DNA of 64,000 nucleotides, from positions 4,666-68,665 of the forward strand of contig CANQKO010000004.1 of NCBI GenBank assembly GCA_947624505.1, given 5' to 3'. The notes beneath the pieces were generated by a model. That model was given only the letters and a program-made list of their open reading frames with translations. It was not told the origin of the DNA and ran no database searches. This document shows positions 10,385-20,348 of the stretch, piece after piece; position 1 is the first letter of the stretch, and each line of letters starts with the position of its first letter. The DNA is from an uncultured Bacilli bacterium. GTDB lineage: Bacteria > Bacillota_I > Bacilli_A > RF39 > UBA660. Position numbers and translations under genes: made by a program.

Positions 10385-10840
10385 ATGAAAAAAAGAATCT
10401 TGATATTAGCGATTATTTTTTTTGTAATTGATATTTTACTTAAATTATTAATTGATTTTAATATGCCTTTAGATAAAAGTATTATATTAATTCCGCACTT
10501 TTTTAATTTGACGAAAGTATATAATTATGGAGCTTCTTGGAGCTTTTTATCTGGTTATAATATATTATTAATTATTATTACAATTATTATGTTAATTATT
10601 TTATATAATTATCAAAAAAAATTTAAAGAAAACATTCGTAATACCATTGCTTTTAGTCTTTTATATGGAGGTATATGGGGTAATCTATTAAATCGTTTAG
10701 TTTATGGCTATGTTATTGATTTTTTAGATTTTAAAATCTTTGGTTATGATTTTCCCATCTTTAATTTCGCTGATATTTGGATTGTTTTGGGAATCTTATT
10801 GCTTTTTATAGCAATATTAAAAAAGGAAGATGAAATTTGA
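10385..10840 (+). CDS. lspA: lipoprotein signal peptidase II
   Basis: Four TM segments, NYGASWSF and FNFADIWIVLG motifs. GTG 10376 is an alternative start. Confidence 0.88.
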   Translation: MKKRILILAIIFFVIDILLKLLIDFNMPLDKSIILIPHFFNLTKVYNYGASWSFLSGYNILLIIITIIMLIILYNYQKKFKENIRNTIAFSLLYGGIWGNLLNRLVYGYVIDFLDFKIFGYDFPIFNFADIWIVLGILLLFIAILKKEDEI

Positions 10841-11718
10841 AATTAGTAGTTAATAATAGTGATATAAGAATTGATAAATATTTAAGTGAAAATACCTCTT
10901 ATAGTCGGGAATTTATTGTTAAAATGATTAAAGATGGTTATGTTTTAGTAAATCAAAAAAGTCCTAAACCAAGTTATAAAGTAAAAATAGATGATATTAT
11001 TGAAATAGATGAAAGTTATCAAATAGAAGATGATATAATACCAAGTAATATCCCTCTTAATATAGTTTATGAAGATGATTATTTAATGGTTATTGATAAA
11101 CCCAGTGGCTTAGTAGTACACCCGGGAGCTGGTAATCATAACAATACATTAGTTAACGGGCTTAAATATTACACCGATGAATTAAGTGATATTGGGGGGA
11201 GTGAGAGAGTAGGTATTGTTCATCGTCTTGATAAAGATACCTCAGGCTTAATGATGGTGGCTAAAACTAATGAAGTCCACGCCCTTTTAGCTCTTGATTT
11301 TAAAAATAAAAGAATTCATCGAGAATATATTGCTCTTCTTATTGGTAATTTCCCAGGAGAAAGTGCTTTTATCGATGCCCCGATAGGAAGAAGTAAGAAA
11401 AACTTTAATAAAATGGAAGTAACCAAAGATGGTAAGAGTGCTAGAACCCATTTAAAAGTTCTTAAAAGATATAAAGATTATACTTTAGTAAGTTTAGTTT
11501 TAGAAACGGGTAGAACCCATCAAATAAGAGTTCACTTAGCCTATATTGGTTATCCAATTTATAATGATCCAGTGTATCAAAATAAAAAAACAACGGAATT
11601 TGGGCAATTTTTACATTCACATTACTTAGAATTTACTCATCCAATTACTCATAAAAAAATGACTTTTGAAAGCCCCCTTCCAAAGCCATTTCAAGAATTT
11701 TTAGATTCTCTAGAGTAA
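10837..11718 (+). CDS. rluD: RluA-family 23S rRNA pseudouridine synthase (RluD-like)
   Basis: N-terminal S4 domain, catalytic HRLDKDTSGLMMVAKT, GRTHQIRVHL. Classic lspA-rluD pairing with a 4-nt overlap. Confidence 0.88.
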   Translation: MKLVVNNSDIRIDKYLSENTSYSREFIVKMIKDGYVLVNQKSPKPSYKVKIDDIIEIDESYQIEDDIIPSNIPLNIVYEDDYLMVIDKPSGLVVHPGAGNHNNTLVNGLKYYTDELSDIGGSERVGIVHRLDKDTSGLMMVAKTNEVHALLALDFKNKRIHREYIALLIGNFPGESAFIDAPIGRSKKNFNKMEVTKDGKSARTHLKVLKRYKDYTLVSLVLETGRTHQIRVHLAYIGYPIYNDPVYQNKKTTEFGQFLHSHYLEFTHPITHKKMTFESPLPKPFQEFLDSLE

Positions 11719-12030
11719 TATGAGAATATTACTAAAAACAAAGACGGTTAAAAAGAAGTAAGGTAGGCTTAGTAATTGATAATGACCACAAATTTTTTTC
11801 ATCTTTCTAATAAGGAAAAATGCTAGGATCATTAAAGACAGCGCTAGTAAAATATTGTAAATTATGAGACTAGGATTACCAATTAAAATAGTTAAAAGAA
11901 ATATTAATAAATAATTAGTACATAATAAAAATGTTAAATCTTTATCAAGACGGTCATACCATACTATTTTACAAATAGGTATTGTTATATAAATAATAAC
12001 TGCAACATAAATAAGAAAAAATATATTCAT
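11710..12030 (-). CDS. hypothetical small membrane protein
   Basis: 106 aa with three or four hydrophobic helices. No family recognised. Confidence 0.45.
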   Translation of the reverse strand: MNIFFLIYVAVIIYITIPICKIVWYDRLDKDLTFLLCTNYLLIFLLTILIGNPSLIIYNILLALSLMILAFFLIRKMKKICGHYQLLSLPYFFLTVFVFSNILILL

Positions 12031-12090
12031 CTAATCACCCTTTACTAATAATATGAAATAAGGTAAAATAATATGAAAGGAGCAAAATTA

Positions 12091-13254
12091 ATGAATGCTA
12101 TTGTAAATGAAAAAGACGAAATAACAATGAAATTAGTCCATTATTTTGTCACTGAAGAAAATTATACACCCATAAATGTTCAAGGAGCTAAAGATGAGAT
12201 TTGGCTTGAAAATCTAGATGGACCATATAAAATAATTAGAATTAATTCTAAATATATTCATAATAATGAACAATTAAATTTTGATTTATATAAAATGAGC
12301 TATGTTATAAAACAAATAAAAAGAAAGACTTTATCTTTTAAGATGAATGTTTTAAATATTTGTCTTGATTTAGGTAATGCCGTAAAATTAGATGAAAAAA
12401 ATAAAGTTATTGATACAGTTAATGTTGAAAGTTTAAGTGATATTAAGAAAAATAATGTTATTAAAAATGTTTTCCCTAAAATTAAAAATATGATTTTTAA
12501 GAAGAATGATGGTATTAAAGGCTTTGAAGATTTTATTCATATAACTGAAGATATTAATAATAAAACCCAAAAAGATAATAAAAAATATGAACAAGTTTTT
12601 AAACCCAAAAAAATTATTATGACCAAAATAATAATGTTATTATGTCTAATTATGTATATTGTTACTTTAATTATGAGTAAAGGAACTTCTAATAATCTTA
12701 CCTTTATTCTTTTAGGAGCAAATAACCGAGAATTAGTATTACAAGGTGAAGTATTTAGATTAATTACTTATGCTTTTTTGCACGGTAATTTAATTCATTT
12801 AATTGTTAATATGTATTCTTTATGGGTAATAGGTAGTCAAGTAGAAAATTATATTGGTCGTTGGAAATTCTTAGTTATCTATCTTCTTAGTGCTTTAATG
12901 GGTGGTTTAATGAGTATTGTTTTCCTAAATGATTATGGCCTTTCTGTTGGGGCGAGTGGAGCAATATTTGGTTTAATGGGATCTCTTCTTTACTTTGGTT
13001 ATCATTATCGCCTTTATTTATCAACAGCCCTTACGAGTCAAATAATTCCAATTATTATAGTAAATCTTATTTTAGGTTTTGCTTTAAATGGTATTGATAA
13101 TGCTTGCCATATTGGTGGTTTAATTGGTGGTTATTTAGCTACAATGATTGTAGGTATTAAATATAAAAGTAAAAAAGAAGAAACAATTAATGGTATTATT
13201 GTCTATATTTTACTTTTGGCCTTTTTAGTTTATGCGGCCTATAAATTTGCTTAG
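12091..13254 (+). CDS. rhomboid family intramembrane serine protease (GluP-like)
   Basis: C-terminal rhomboid core with HGNLIHLIVNM, catalytic GASGAIFGL and HIGGLIGG. AAGGAG RBS lies 8 nt before ATG 12091. Confidence 0.85.
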   Translation: MNAIVNEKDEITMKLVHYFVTEENYTPINVQGAKDEIWLENLDGPYKIIRINSKYIHNNEQLNFDLYKMSYVIKQIKRKTLSFKMNVLNICLDLGNAVKLDEKNKVIDTVNVESLSDIKKNNVIKNVFPKIKNMIFKKNDGIKGFEDFIHITEDINNKTQKDNKKYEQVFKPKKIIMTKIIMLLCLIMYIVTLIMSKGTSNNLTFILLGANNRELVLQGEVFRLITYAFLHGNLIHLIVNMYSLWVIGSQVENYIGRWKFLVIYLLSALMGGLMSIVFLNDYGLSVGASGAIFGLMGSLLYFGYHYRLYLSTALTSQIIPIIIVNLILGFALNGIDNACHIGGLIGGYLATMIVGIKYKSKKEETINGIIVYILLLAFLVYAAYKFA

Positions 13255-13443
13255 AATAGTTTTTTAGCCCCGTCACTTTAATTTATTTCGCATATCTTAT
13301 AAGTGAAAGGGCTTTTTAATTTCATTTACACTTTGCAAATATTTAAAATACCCTTTAATACCTCCTAGATTTTATTTTCCGCAAAATAATTATACACATT
13401 TTTCTTTTGGTTAAAATAATGGTTTTATTGCCATTATTTTTTC

Positions 13444-13472
13444 TTGCACTAGTAGTGAAATTATAATATAAT
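13444..13472 (+). promoter_or_regulatory. candidate sigma-A promoter of the paralog array (TTGCAC-17-TATAAT)
   Basis: TTGCAC at 13444-13449, 17-nt spacer, TATAAT at 13467-13472. Lies about 27 nt upstream of the GTG start with a GAGG RBS. Confidence 0.4.
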
Positions 13473-13498
13473 AATTCACTAGAAATGAGGATTTTATT

Positions 13499-14212
13499 GT
13501 GGAAAATTTATGGCAAATTTTAGAAGAAGAAAAGAGAAAAGCCCAAGTTGAAAAGATGAACAAAGAAAAATCAGAAATAATTAAAGAACAATATAATGTG
13601 ATGAAAAAGGAATATAATGAAGCATTAAGTATTATTGAAGCTAATTATATTTTTAATTATTTCTTACTCGAGACTTTTCCTGTATTTATTAAAAAATTAA
13701 TTGAAAATAATCATAATGCTTTATTGAAAGATAATATTATTAGTGGAAAAATTACACTTAGTTTAGAAACAAATAATTCGTTTGAATATGAACATATCCG
13801 TATTTTAAAAGGAATAGGGCTTAAAGATTTTTGCACTAATGAAATTATTTATTATTTTGAAAATGATGAGATAAAATTAATGTTTAAGAATCCTTTGATT
13901 TATAATGTTTTCAAAGAAAAACTTATTATATTTTTAGCTAAAAATAACATTATAAATCTTAAAACATCAAACGATTCTAATTTAATTTATGCTAATCCAA
14001 TATATTTTGAAGCGAATATTGAAGATTTAATTAATGCCGCGTATAATGCTCTTCAACAAATAGAAGAAGAAAAAGAAGATTTAAAGGTTTTAATGGATAT
14101 GTGGAATATTGAAGAAGGAAACATTTTAAGATGGCTTAATATTTTTAAGAATCATTATTATTATTTAATAAATTCTGCAAAAGAGGAAATAAAATTATCA
14201 CATAAAAAATAA
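13499..14212 (+). CDS. hypothetical protein, tandem paralog 1 of 4
   Basis: Shares EANYIFNYFL and LQQIEEEKEDLKxLMDxWNI blocks with the next ORF. GTG start 8 nt after GAGG. Confidence 0.65.
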   Translation: MENLWQILEEEKRKAQVEKMNKEKSEIIKEQYNVMKKEYNEALSIIEANYIFNYFLLETFPVFIKKLIENNHNALLKDNIISGKITLSLETNNSFEYEHIRILKGIGLKDFCTNEIIYYFENDEIKLMFKNPLIYNVFKEKLIIFLAKNNIINLKTSNDSNLIYANPIYFEANIEDLINAAYNALQQIEEEKEDLKVLMDMWNIEEGNILRWLNIFKNHYYYLINSAKEEIKLSHKK

Positions 14213-14350
14213 ATTTTTAAGTCAATATAAATAAATTACAATTAGATTAAATGAGTCATTTAGATAAAAAAGAAGAATTACATCCAGAATGTTACAGTGT
14301 AGATTTCAAATGGCGCAGGCTATCGGGTAAATACGAAAGGAAGAGAGAAA

Positions 14351-15202
14351 ATGAAAAAAGATGATCGCATTTGGGAAAGACTAACGTATGTGAAAGAAGA
14401 TAAATACCTCTGGGAAAGACTAGCGTATGTAAAAAACTCGAAAAGAAGAGTGCTTGCAAACGATTTGAATCAAAAAGCACCTGCATATAATTTTAAAAGA
14501 GAAATATTTTTTGATGAAGAAGAAAAAATTGAAATGTCAGAAGAAGATAAATTGCTATTAAAAAATAAAATAATAAAAAAACAGTATAAAAGGATGAAAA
14601 AGGAATATAAACAAGCTTTTGCTGTAGTTGAAGCTAATTATATTTTCAATTATTTTTTAACAGACATTTTTCCTAAATATATTGAGAACTTAACTATAGA
14701 AAGTCATAATGAATTATTGCAAGGAAATATTTCTCTTTTGGTAAAATCATATACTGATTTTAAGGAAGAGTCTTTAGATGCTTCTAATGGACTTCTCTTT
14801 GAAAAAATACTCTATTCTTTTGCAGATAACAGATTAGCAGTAATGTTTAAAGAACCATTAATTTATTTGGTTTTTAAAACAAAACTTAATCAATTTTTAA
14901 TTAAAAATCAAATTATAGCTATTGATGTTCCTATAATAACTAAACATTATAAAGTGGCTAAATATTTTCCATATACAAATCAAATAAATTTTGCAACTAA
15001 TCTTGATTCTTTAAATAAAGCATTAGAAAGTGGATTACAACAAATAGAAGAAGAAAAAGAAGATTTAAAAGCTTTAATGGATACTTGGAATATTTGTGAA
15101 AATGATATTGAAAAAGAGCTTGGCATTAATATTAATAATTATAATGCTTTAATTTCTGATACAAAAAAAGAAACTAAGTTAATACATAAAAAAGAAATTT
15201 AA
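14351..15202 (+). CDS. hypothetical protein, tandem paralog 2 of 4 (with N-terminal WERLxYVK duplication)
   Basis: Same conserved blocks as paralog 1. Extra N-terminus contains a 39-nt-phased duplication. Confidence 0.65.
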   Translation: MKKDDRIWERLTYVKEDKYLWERLAYVKNSKRRVLANDLNQKAPAYNFKREIFFDEEEKIEMSEEDKLLLKNKIIKKQYKRMKKEYKQAFAVVEANYIFNYFLTDIFPKYIENLTIESHNELLQGNISLLVKSYTDFKEESLDASNGLLFEKILYSFADNRLAVMFKEPLIYLVFKTKLNQFLIKNQIIAIDVPIITKHYKVAKYFPYTNQINFATNLDSLNKALESGLQQIEEEKEDLKALMDTWNICENDIEKELGININNYNALISDTKKETKLIHKKEI

Positions 15203-15220
15203 TTATAAGTAGGAGGCTTT

Positions 15221-15853
15221 ATGATTTATTTAGAAGAAGTTATTAAAAATAAAGGTAAATATTCTAAAAGAGCAGATGTGCAAACATATAAAGAAGTTTA
15301 TTATAAAATTTTTACTAATTATGTTTTCTCTTGTTTCTTAATTGATATTTTACCTAATTATATATCATATTTAATTAAAAATAGAGGAATGTTCTTTGTT
15401 AAAGAAGATAAAATAAATATCACTTTTAAAATATTAACTAATGGAGATTTTACTGATACCAAAGGTATTGTGACAAATAGTGAAATGATTTGGAAAAAAG
15501 ATAATCAAAATTTAATAGTATATTTTAAAGATAAAAAATTAATACCTCTTTTCATTGAAAAATTTAATGTATTTTTAAGTAAAAATAGAATTATTTATTA
15601 TAATAAAATAGTTAAAAATTATATTAATTATGGCCTACCTTTAGAAATATACGAAAATTATGTTACTAAAATAGATTTTAGTACCTTTATTAATAATTTT
15701 ATAAGGGCTTATGAAAATGGATTAGAAGAAATAAAGAAAGAAAAAGATAGTTTTAAAGAACTAATGAATGCTTTTAATATAACTGATGAAAATATTTTAG
15801 CATCCCTTAATGTTAATTCAGATGATTATTCAAAAAAGAGAATAAGAAAATAA
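15221..15853 (+). CDS. hypothetical protein, tandem paralog 3 of 4
   Basis: Divergent member (TNYVFSCFLIDILPNYI, GLEEIKKEKDSFKELMNAFNI). AGGAGG RBS. Confidence 0.6.
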   Translation: MIYLEEVIKNKGKYSKRADVQTYKEVYYKIFTNYVFSCFLIDILPNYISYLIKNRGMFFVKEDKINITFKILTNGDFTDTKGIVTNSEMIWKKDNQNLIVYFKDKKLIPLFIEKFNVFLSKNRIIYYNKIVKNYINYGLPLEIYENYVTKIDFSTFINNFIRAYENGLEEIKKEKDSFKELMNAFNITDENILASLNVNSDDYSKKRIRK

Positions 15854-15869
15854 GAAAGAAGGAAGATAA

Positions 15870-16586
15870 ATGGTTGATTTATGGAAATCTTTTGAAGAAG
15901 AAAAAAATAAAGCAATGAAAGAAAAAGAAGCAGTAGCTGAATTTTACAATAAAGCTAAAGAAGAGTATGAAAGTGCAATGTCCACTATTAGTGCTTGTTA
16001 TTTATTTAATTATTTTATCAAAGTAATTTACCCAGAATATATTCAAATTTTATTAAAAAAATATCATAAAGAATTACGATTAGAATGTGTGGGTGAAAAA
16101 ACTACATTACCAATCAGTATTGGTTATGAATTACGAGACAGTTTTGATTATTTTAAAATGTTAGAAAATGCCGGATATTCATTAGATGATTTAAGAAGTG
16201 TTGCAAGAAAAGTTACCTATTGTTTTGCTTATAAAATAAAAAATAGTCAGTTAAGCATTGCTTTTAGAGAAGATAACGACGAAATTTGTGATGTTTTTGC
16301 TAAAAAGTTATATTCGTTTTTACGTAATAATAATTTAATGAATCAATTAGTTACGCCAGAAACTTTAAGTTTAGGGCAAAAGTTAATTTACGAATTTAAT
16401 GCCTCAATCCCTGATTTAATAAGAGCTTATTATAATGGCTTACAACAAATAATATATGAAGAAGACGCTTTAAAAGAACTAATGGATACTTATCAAATAA
16501 CTTTTGAACAAATTATAAATACATTAGGTATTCGTGGCGGAGAATATGTAAATTTTGTTAGTGAAGATGAAAGTCTTAAAAGATAG
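15870..16586 (+). CDS. hypothetical protein, tandem paralog 4 of 4
   Basis: Divergent member (SACYLFNYFIKVIYPEYI, GLQQIIYEEDALKELMDTYQI). GAAGGAAG RBS. Confidence 0.6.
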   Translation: MVDLWKSFEEEKNKAMKEKEAVAEFYNKAKEEYESAMSTISACYLFNYFIKVIYPEYIQILLKKYHKELRLECVGEKTTLPISIGYELRDSFDYFKMLENAGYSLDDLRSVARKVTYCFAYKIKNSQLSIAFREDNDEICDVFAKKLYSFLRNNNLMNQLVTPETLSLGQKLIYEFNASIPDLIRAYYNGLQQIIYEEDALKELMDTYQITFEQIINTLGIRGGEYVNFVSEDESLKR

Positions 16587-16799
16587 GAAGCAAGATTATT
16601 CTTGTTTTTTTCTTTATGTCAATATACGTCAAAAATGATTAAAAATATAGATTTATTAAATTAACATTTGTTAAAATCCTGGTAGGAGAGTATATGAATA
16701 TAAAAAGATGGTTACAAAATATTAAAAATAATACTCTAGCTACTAGTAATAGAGAAGATAAATGTTTTTAGAAAAAGATCGAGATAAAGAAATTACTAT

Positions 16800-17588
16800 T
16801 TAATTACTTAAATAATAAGAAATAATAAAACTTAATATAGCTATAATAATACTTATAATATTTATATTACCAGGATAGATAAATAAAATAGAAGATATAA
16901 TAAAACCAATAATGGCACTATAAGTATGACGGAAATGATTATTAAGTAAATAATTAATTAATTTTAAAATTAAATATCCACTTATGATAAATGTTATAAT
17001 AAAGGGAATAAATATTATAATTGTGTGAATATTAATTGCTAAAGGATTAGAAATAATACTAAGAAAATATTTATAAATGCCTAAAAACATTAATAAAGCG
17101 GCTCCACTAATACCAGGAACTATTTTACCAATGGCATAAAATATACCCGCTATACTCATTTTTAGAATACTAGGACTACTAATTATTTCAGTAGTCTTTT
17201 TTTGAAATAAATATAAAAATAGACCAATAACTAACGCAATTATAAAAGATATTAAAGATATATTTTTATTAGTTTTACTTTTTATTTCTTTAATTAAATA
17301 GGGAATACAACCTAATATTAAACCGATAAAAACATAAGAAATAAACATTAAACGATTATCAAGTAAATATAATATTATTTTACTAAATAGTAAGATACTT
17401 ATTAATATACCAATTATTATGGGAGTTAGATATAATAAATTATTTTTAAAATCTTTATTTATATTAAGTATTCTTTTCACAATTTCATCGTATGTTCCTA
17501 GTATTGTAGCTAATACTCCACCAGATACTCCCGGAATAATAAAACCAAGACCAATTATTAAACCATATAAAAAGTTGTGTAAAATCAT
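16800..17588 (-). CDS. DUF368 family membrane protein (putative undecaprenyl-phosphate translocase family)
   Basis: Polytopic protein with duplicated IPGVSGG / VPGISGA motifs typical of DUF368. Confidence 0.75.
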   Translation of the reverse strand: MILHNFLYGLIIGLGFIIPGVSGGVLATILGTYDEIVKRILNINKDFKNNLLYLTPIIIGILISILLFSKIILYLLDNRLMFISYVFIGLILGCIPYLIKEIKSKTNKNISLISFIIALVIGLFLYLFQKKTTEIISSPSILKMSIAGIFYAIGKIVPGISGAALLMFLGIYKYFLSIISNPLAINIHTIIIFIPFIITFIISGYLILKLINYLLNNHFRHTYSAIIGFIISSILFIYPGNINIISIIIAILSFIISYYLSN

Positions 17589-17654
17589 TTAAAATCCCTC
17601 TTATTAATATTTATTATTAATTTAAATATGTTATACTCGTATTAGAGGTTAGAT

Positions 17655-18233
17655 ATGAAAAAATTAAAAATATTTATAATTATTTGTTTAATAATTTTAC
17701 TTATTCCAATTATTATTAATGCTATTGTTATCTTTAGTGTAAATAAACAAATCAAAAAAGTAGATGAAATAAAAGATATTTATGATATAGGAATGGTTCT
17801 TGGCTGTGGTATTAAAAATAATGAACCTAGTTTAATGCTAAGAGATCGTTTAGATAAGGCAATTGAATTGTATCAAAAAGGCATTATAAAAAGTATTTTA
17901 ATAACAGGTGATCATAAAGAAAATTATAGTGAAGTAAATGTTATGGAGAAATATTTAAAAGAAAATAATATTCCCGATAATGATATTATTAAAGATTATC
18001 AAGGTTATAATACTAGTTTAAGTATTAAAAATTATAATGCAAATTATAAAGATAAAAGCTTAATTGTTATTACGCAAAAATACCATATTTATCGTTCTTT
18101 ATATATTGCTAATTATTATAATTTAAATAGTATTGGCACCATTGCTTTAAATAAAAGATATAAAGGACAATTTATAAGAGATATAAGAGAAGTATTAGCT
18201 AGATGTAAAGATTTTCTTCAATTTCTTAACTAA
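17655..18233 (+). CDS. SanA/YdcF (DUF218) family envelope protein
   Basis: N-terminal TM anchor, then GMVLGCG...LRDRLDKAIELYQKG...ILITGDH, the DUF218 core pattern. Confidence 0.7.
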   Translation: MKKLKIFIIICLIILLIPIIINAIVIFSVNKQIKKVDEIKDIYDIGMVLGCGIKNNEPSLMLRDRLDKAIELYQKGIIKSILITGDHKENYSEVNVMEKYLKENNIPDNDIIKDYQGYNTSLSIKNYNANYKDKSLIVITQKYHIYRSLYIANYYNLNSIGTIALNKRYKGQFIRDIREVLARCKDFLQFLN

Positions 18234-18250
18234 AAAATAGGCTTTAATGC

Positions 18251-19219
18251 CTATTTTTCGCCTTCTTCTAACATTTTAGTTATAAATAATCCATATCCTT
18301 TAGTGGGATTATCTACAATAACGTGGGTAACAACCCCAACAATTTTACCATTTTGCATAATTGGTGAACCACTCATTCCTTGAACAACCCCACCAGTTTT
18401 ATTAAGTAGTTCTTCATCAGTTATTTCAAATGTGATATTTTTAGTATCACTTGTTTCATTTATTTTGGTTATTCTAATAGTAAATTCTTCAACTTTTTCA
18501 CCATTTAAAACTGTGTATAATTGAGCATTCCCAATTTTAATATCAGCTTTATCACCAACCGGAACCAGTTTTAAATTATCTAGTCCTTTATCATAAGTAC
18601 CAAAAATACCATAATTAGTATTTTTATCTATATTACCATAGAGAGTATTATAATAATATTTGGCATTTTTACTACCAGCTTCCCCAACTTTTGATTTATC
18701 AATTGAGGTAATTACATTTTTAAATATTAAACCCGATTTAATTTCTACCATTCTTTTAGTATTGCTTTCAATTACTTCGTGTCCTAAAGCTCCATAAATA
18801 TTGGTTCCAGGATCTATATATGTAAGTGTACCAATACCAGTTATACTATCTTTAACATATAAGCCGGTTTTATATATCCCATCATCATAAACTAAAGATA
18901 ACTTAGTTTGATATTCTTTATTATTTCTTTTATAAGTAATATTAACACTCGCTGCAGATGTATATTTTTCAATTTCTTCCGTTAAATCTGATAAAGTATT
19001 TACTTCATTACCATTAACTTTAGTTATATAATCGCCCTTAGCTAAATTAGGATTACCTTTATTATATTTACCATCAATTTCATAAAATCCGACGACTAAA
19101 ATACCATCACAATCAAGTTCTATACCCAAAGTATTACCACCTAAATAGATTTCTTTAGAGTAGGCAAATACTTCTAAAGGCATAAATAATACCCATAATA
19201 TTAATAAAAATTTTTTCAT
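18251..19219 (-). CDS. spoIVB: SpoIVB peptidase (S55 family, PDZ domain)
   Basis: Signal peptide, PDZ segment (GDYITKVNG), S55 core GIGTLTYIDP...GALGHEV and catalytic QGMSGSPI. Confidence 0.85.
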   Translation of the reverse strand: MKKFLLILWVLFMPLEVFAYSKEIYLGGNTLGIELDCDGILVVGFYEIDGKYNKGNPNLAKGDYITKVNGNEVNTLSDLTEEIEKYTSAASVNITYKRNNKEYQTKLSLVYDDGIYKTGLYVKDSITGIGTLTYIDPGTNIYGALGHEVIESNTKRMVEIKSGLIFKNVITSIDKSKVGEAGSKNAKYYYNTLYGNIDKNTNYGIFGTYDKGLDNLKLVPVGDKADIKIGNAQLYTVLNGEKVEEFTIRITKINETSDTKNITFEITDEELLNKTGGVVQGMSGSPIMQNGKIVGVVTHVIVDNPTKGYGLFITKMLEEGEK

Positions 19220-19283
19220 TTTTTATCACCTTACAATTATATTATGGCTATTATTTATGAAAATAAAAAGCCAATATATGGCA

Positions 19284-19568
19284 TTATTTTTTCTTAATTA
19301 AATAATCATTTATTTTATTAATTCTTACTCTTTTACTTCCATAAATAAAGACAACTGAGGCAATTAAAAGTGATATACCACTTAAAATATCCCAAATACT
19401 TGTATTAGTTATAATTAAAAATAGTCCAAAAGCAATAGACATTATACCTATTACAAAAACTCTATCTAATCTTTTTTTAATCATTTTTCCATAATCTGTT
19501 TGATAAAATTCTTTAGTTAGTTTTTCTTTTTCTTCTTTTGTTAAAGAATAATATTTTAATTTATACAT
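19284..19568 (-). CDS. hypothetical small membrane protein
   Basis: 94 aa with two TM helices. No family recognised. Confidence 0.45.
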   Translation of the reverse strand: MYKLKYYSLTKEEKEKLTKEFYQTDYGKMIKKRLDRVFVIGIMSIAFGLFLIITNTSIWDILSGISLLIASVVFIYGSKRVRINKINDYLIKKK

Positions 19569-19663
19569 TTAACTTCACCAATTAAATTATAACCGAGAAT
19601 TTATTTGAAGTAAATATTTTAATTTTTTAATTCTTTTGGTATAATTTTACTGGTGATTGGTTT

Positions 19664-20146
19664 ATGTTAATTAAATTAAATGAATTAAATTATCAAAAAG
19701 AAATAAATATAGATTATGAAGTATTTAAAGATGATGATTTAGATAAAAGAATAATTGATTTAAAAAATAGTCGAGTAGTTGGACGAATCTATTTAAATAG
19801 TAATAATGATATTAATATGGAATTAAAATTTGTTGGAACAATGATTATTAAAGATTCTATTACTTTAGAAGACATTCCTTATGATTTTTCTATAAATATA
19901 GAGGAAAATTTAGAAAGTATTGAAGAAAATTATGACAATTGTTATGAAAATGTTCAAAATACACTTGATTTAAAGCAACTTTTATGGCAAAATATTGTAT
20001 TAGAGGTTCCCATTAGTTATTCTCTAAATGGTGATGCAAATTTAAAAGGTAATGGTTGGGAATTAGTTAATGAAGATAATAAGACTGTGGATAGTATTGA
20101 TCCAAGGCTTAAAAAATTAGAAGATTTATTGAAAGGTGATGATTAG
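19664..20146 (+). CDS. yceD: YceD (DUF177) family protein
   Basis: Acidic 160-aa protein directly upstream of rpmF with the C-terminal [11 protein letters not shown] motif. Conserved yceD-rpmF pairing. Confidence 0.75.
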   Translation: MLIKLNELNYQKEINIDYEVFKDDDLDKRIIDLKNSRVVGRIYLNSNNDINMELKFVGTMIIKDSITLEDIPYDFSINIEENLESIEENYDNCYENVQNTLDLKQLLWQNIVLEVPISYSLNGDANLKGNGWELVNEDNKTVDSIDPRLKKLEDLLKGDD

Positions 20147-20148
20147 TT

Positions 20149-20334
20149 ATGGCAGTTCCTTTTAGAAGAACAAGTAAAACTAAAAAAAGAATGAGAAGAA
20201 CTCATTTGAAAAAAGAAGTTGGAGCAGTTACTACTTGTCCTAAATGTGGGGCAGCATTAAGACCTCATAGAGCTTGTACAAAATGTGGTAATTACAAAGG
20301 CGAAAATGTTTTAAAAATTGAAGAAGAAAAATAA
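20149..20334 (+). CDS. rpmF: 50S ribosomal protein L32
   Basis: [20 protein letters not shown]-terminus and a CPKCG...CTKCG zinc ribbon. Confidence 0.95.
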   Translation: MAVPFRRTSKTKKRMRRTHLKKEVGAVTTCPKCGAALRPHRACTKCGNYKGENVLKIEEEK

Positions 20335-20348
20335 TTCTTTTACAATAC

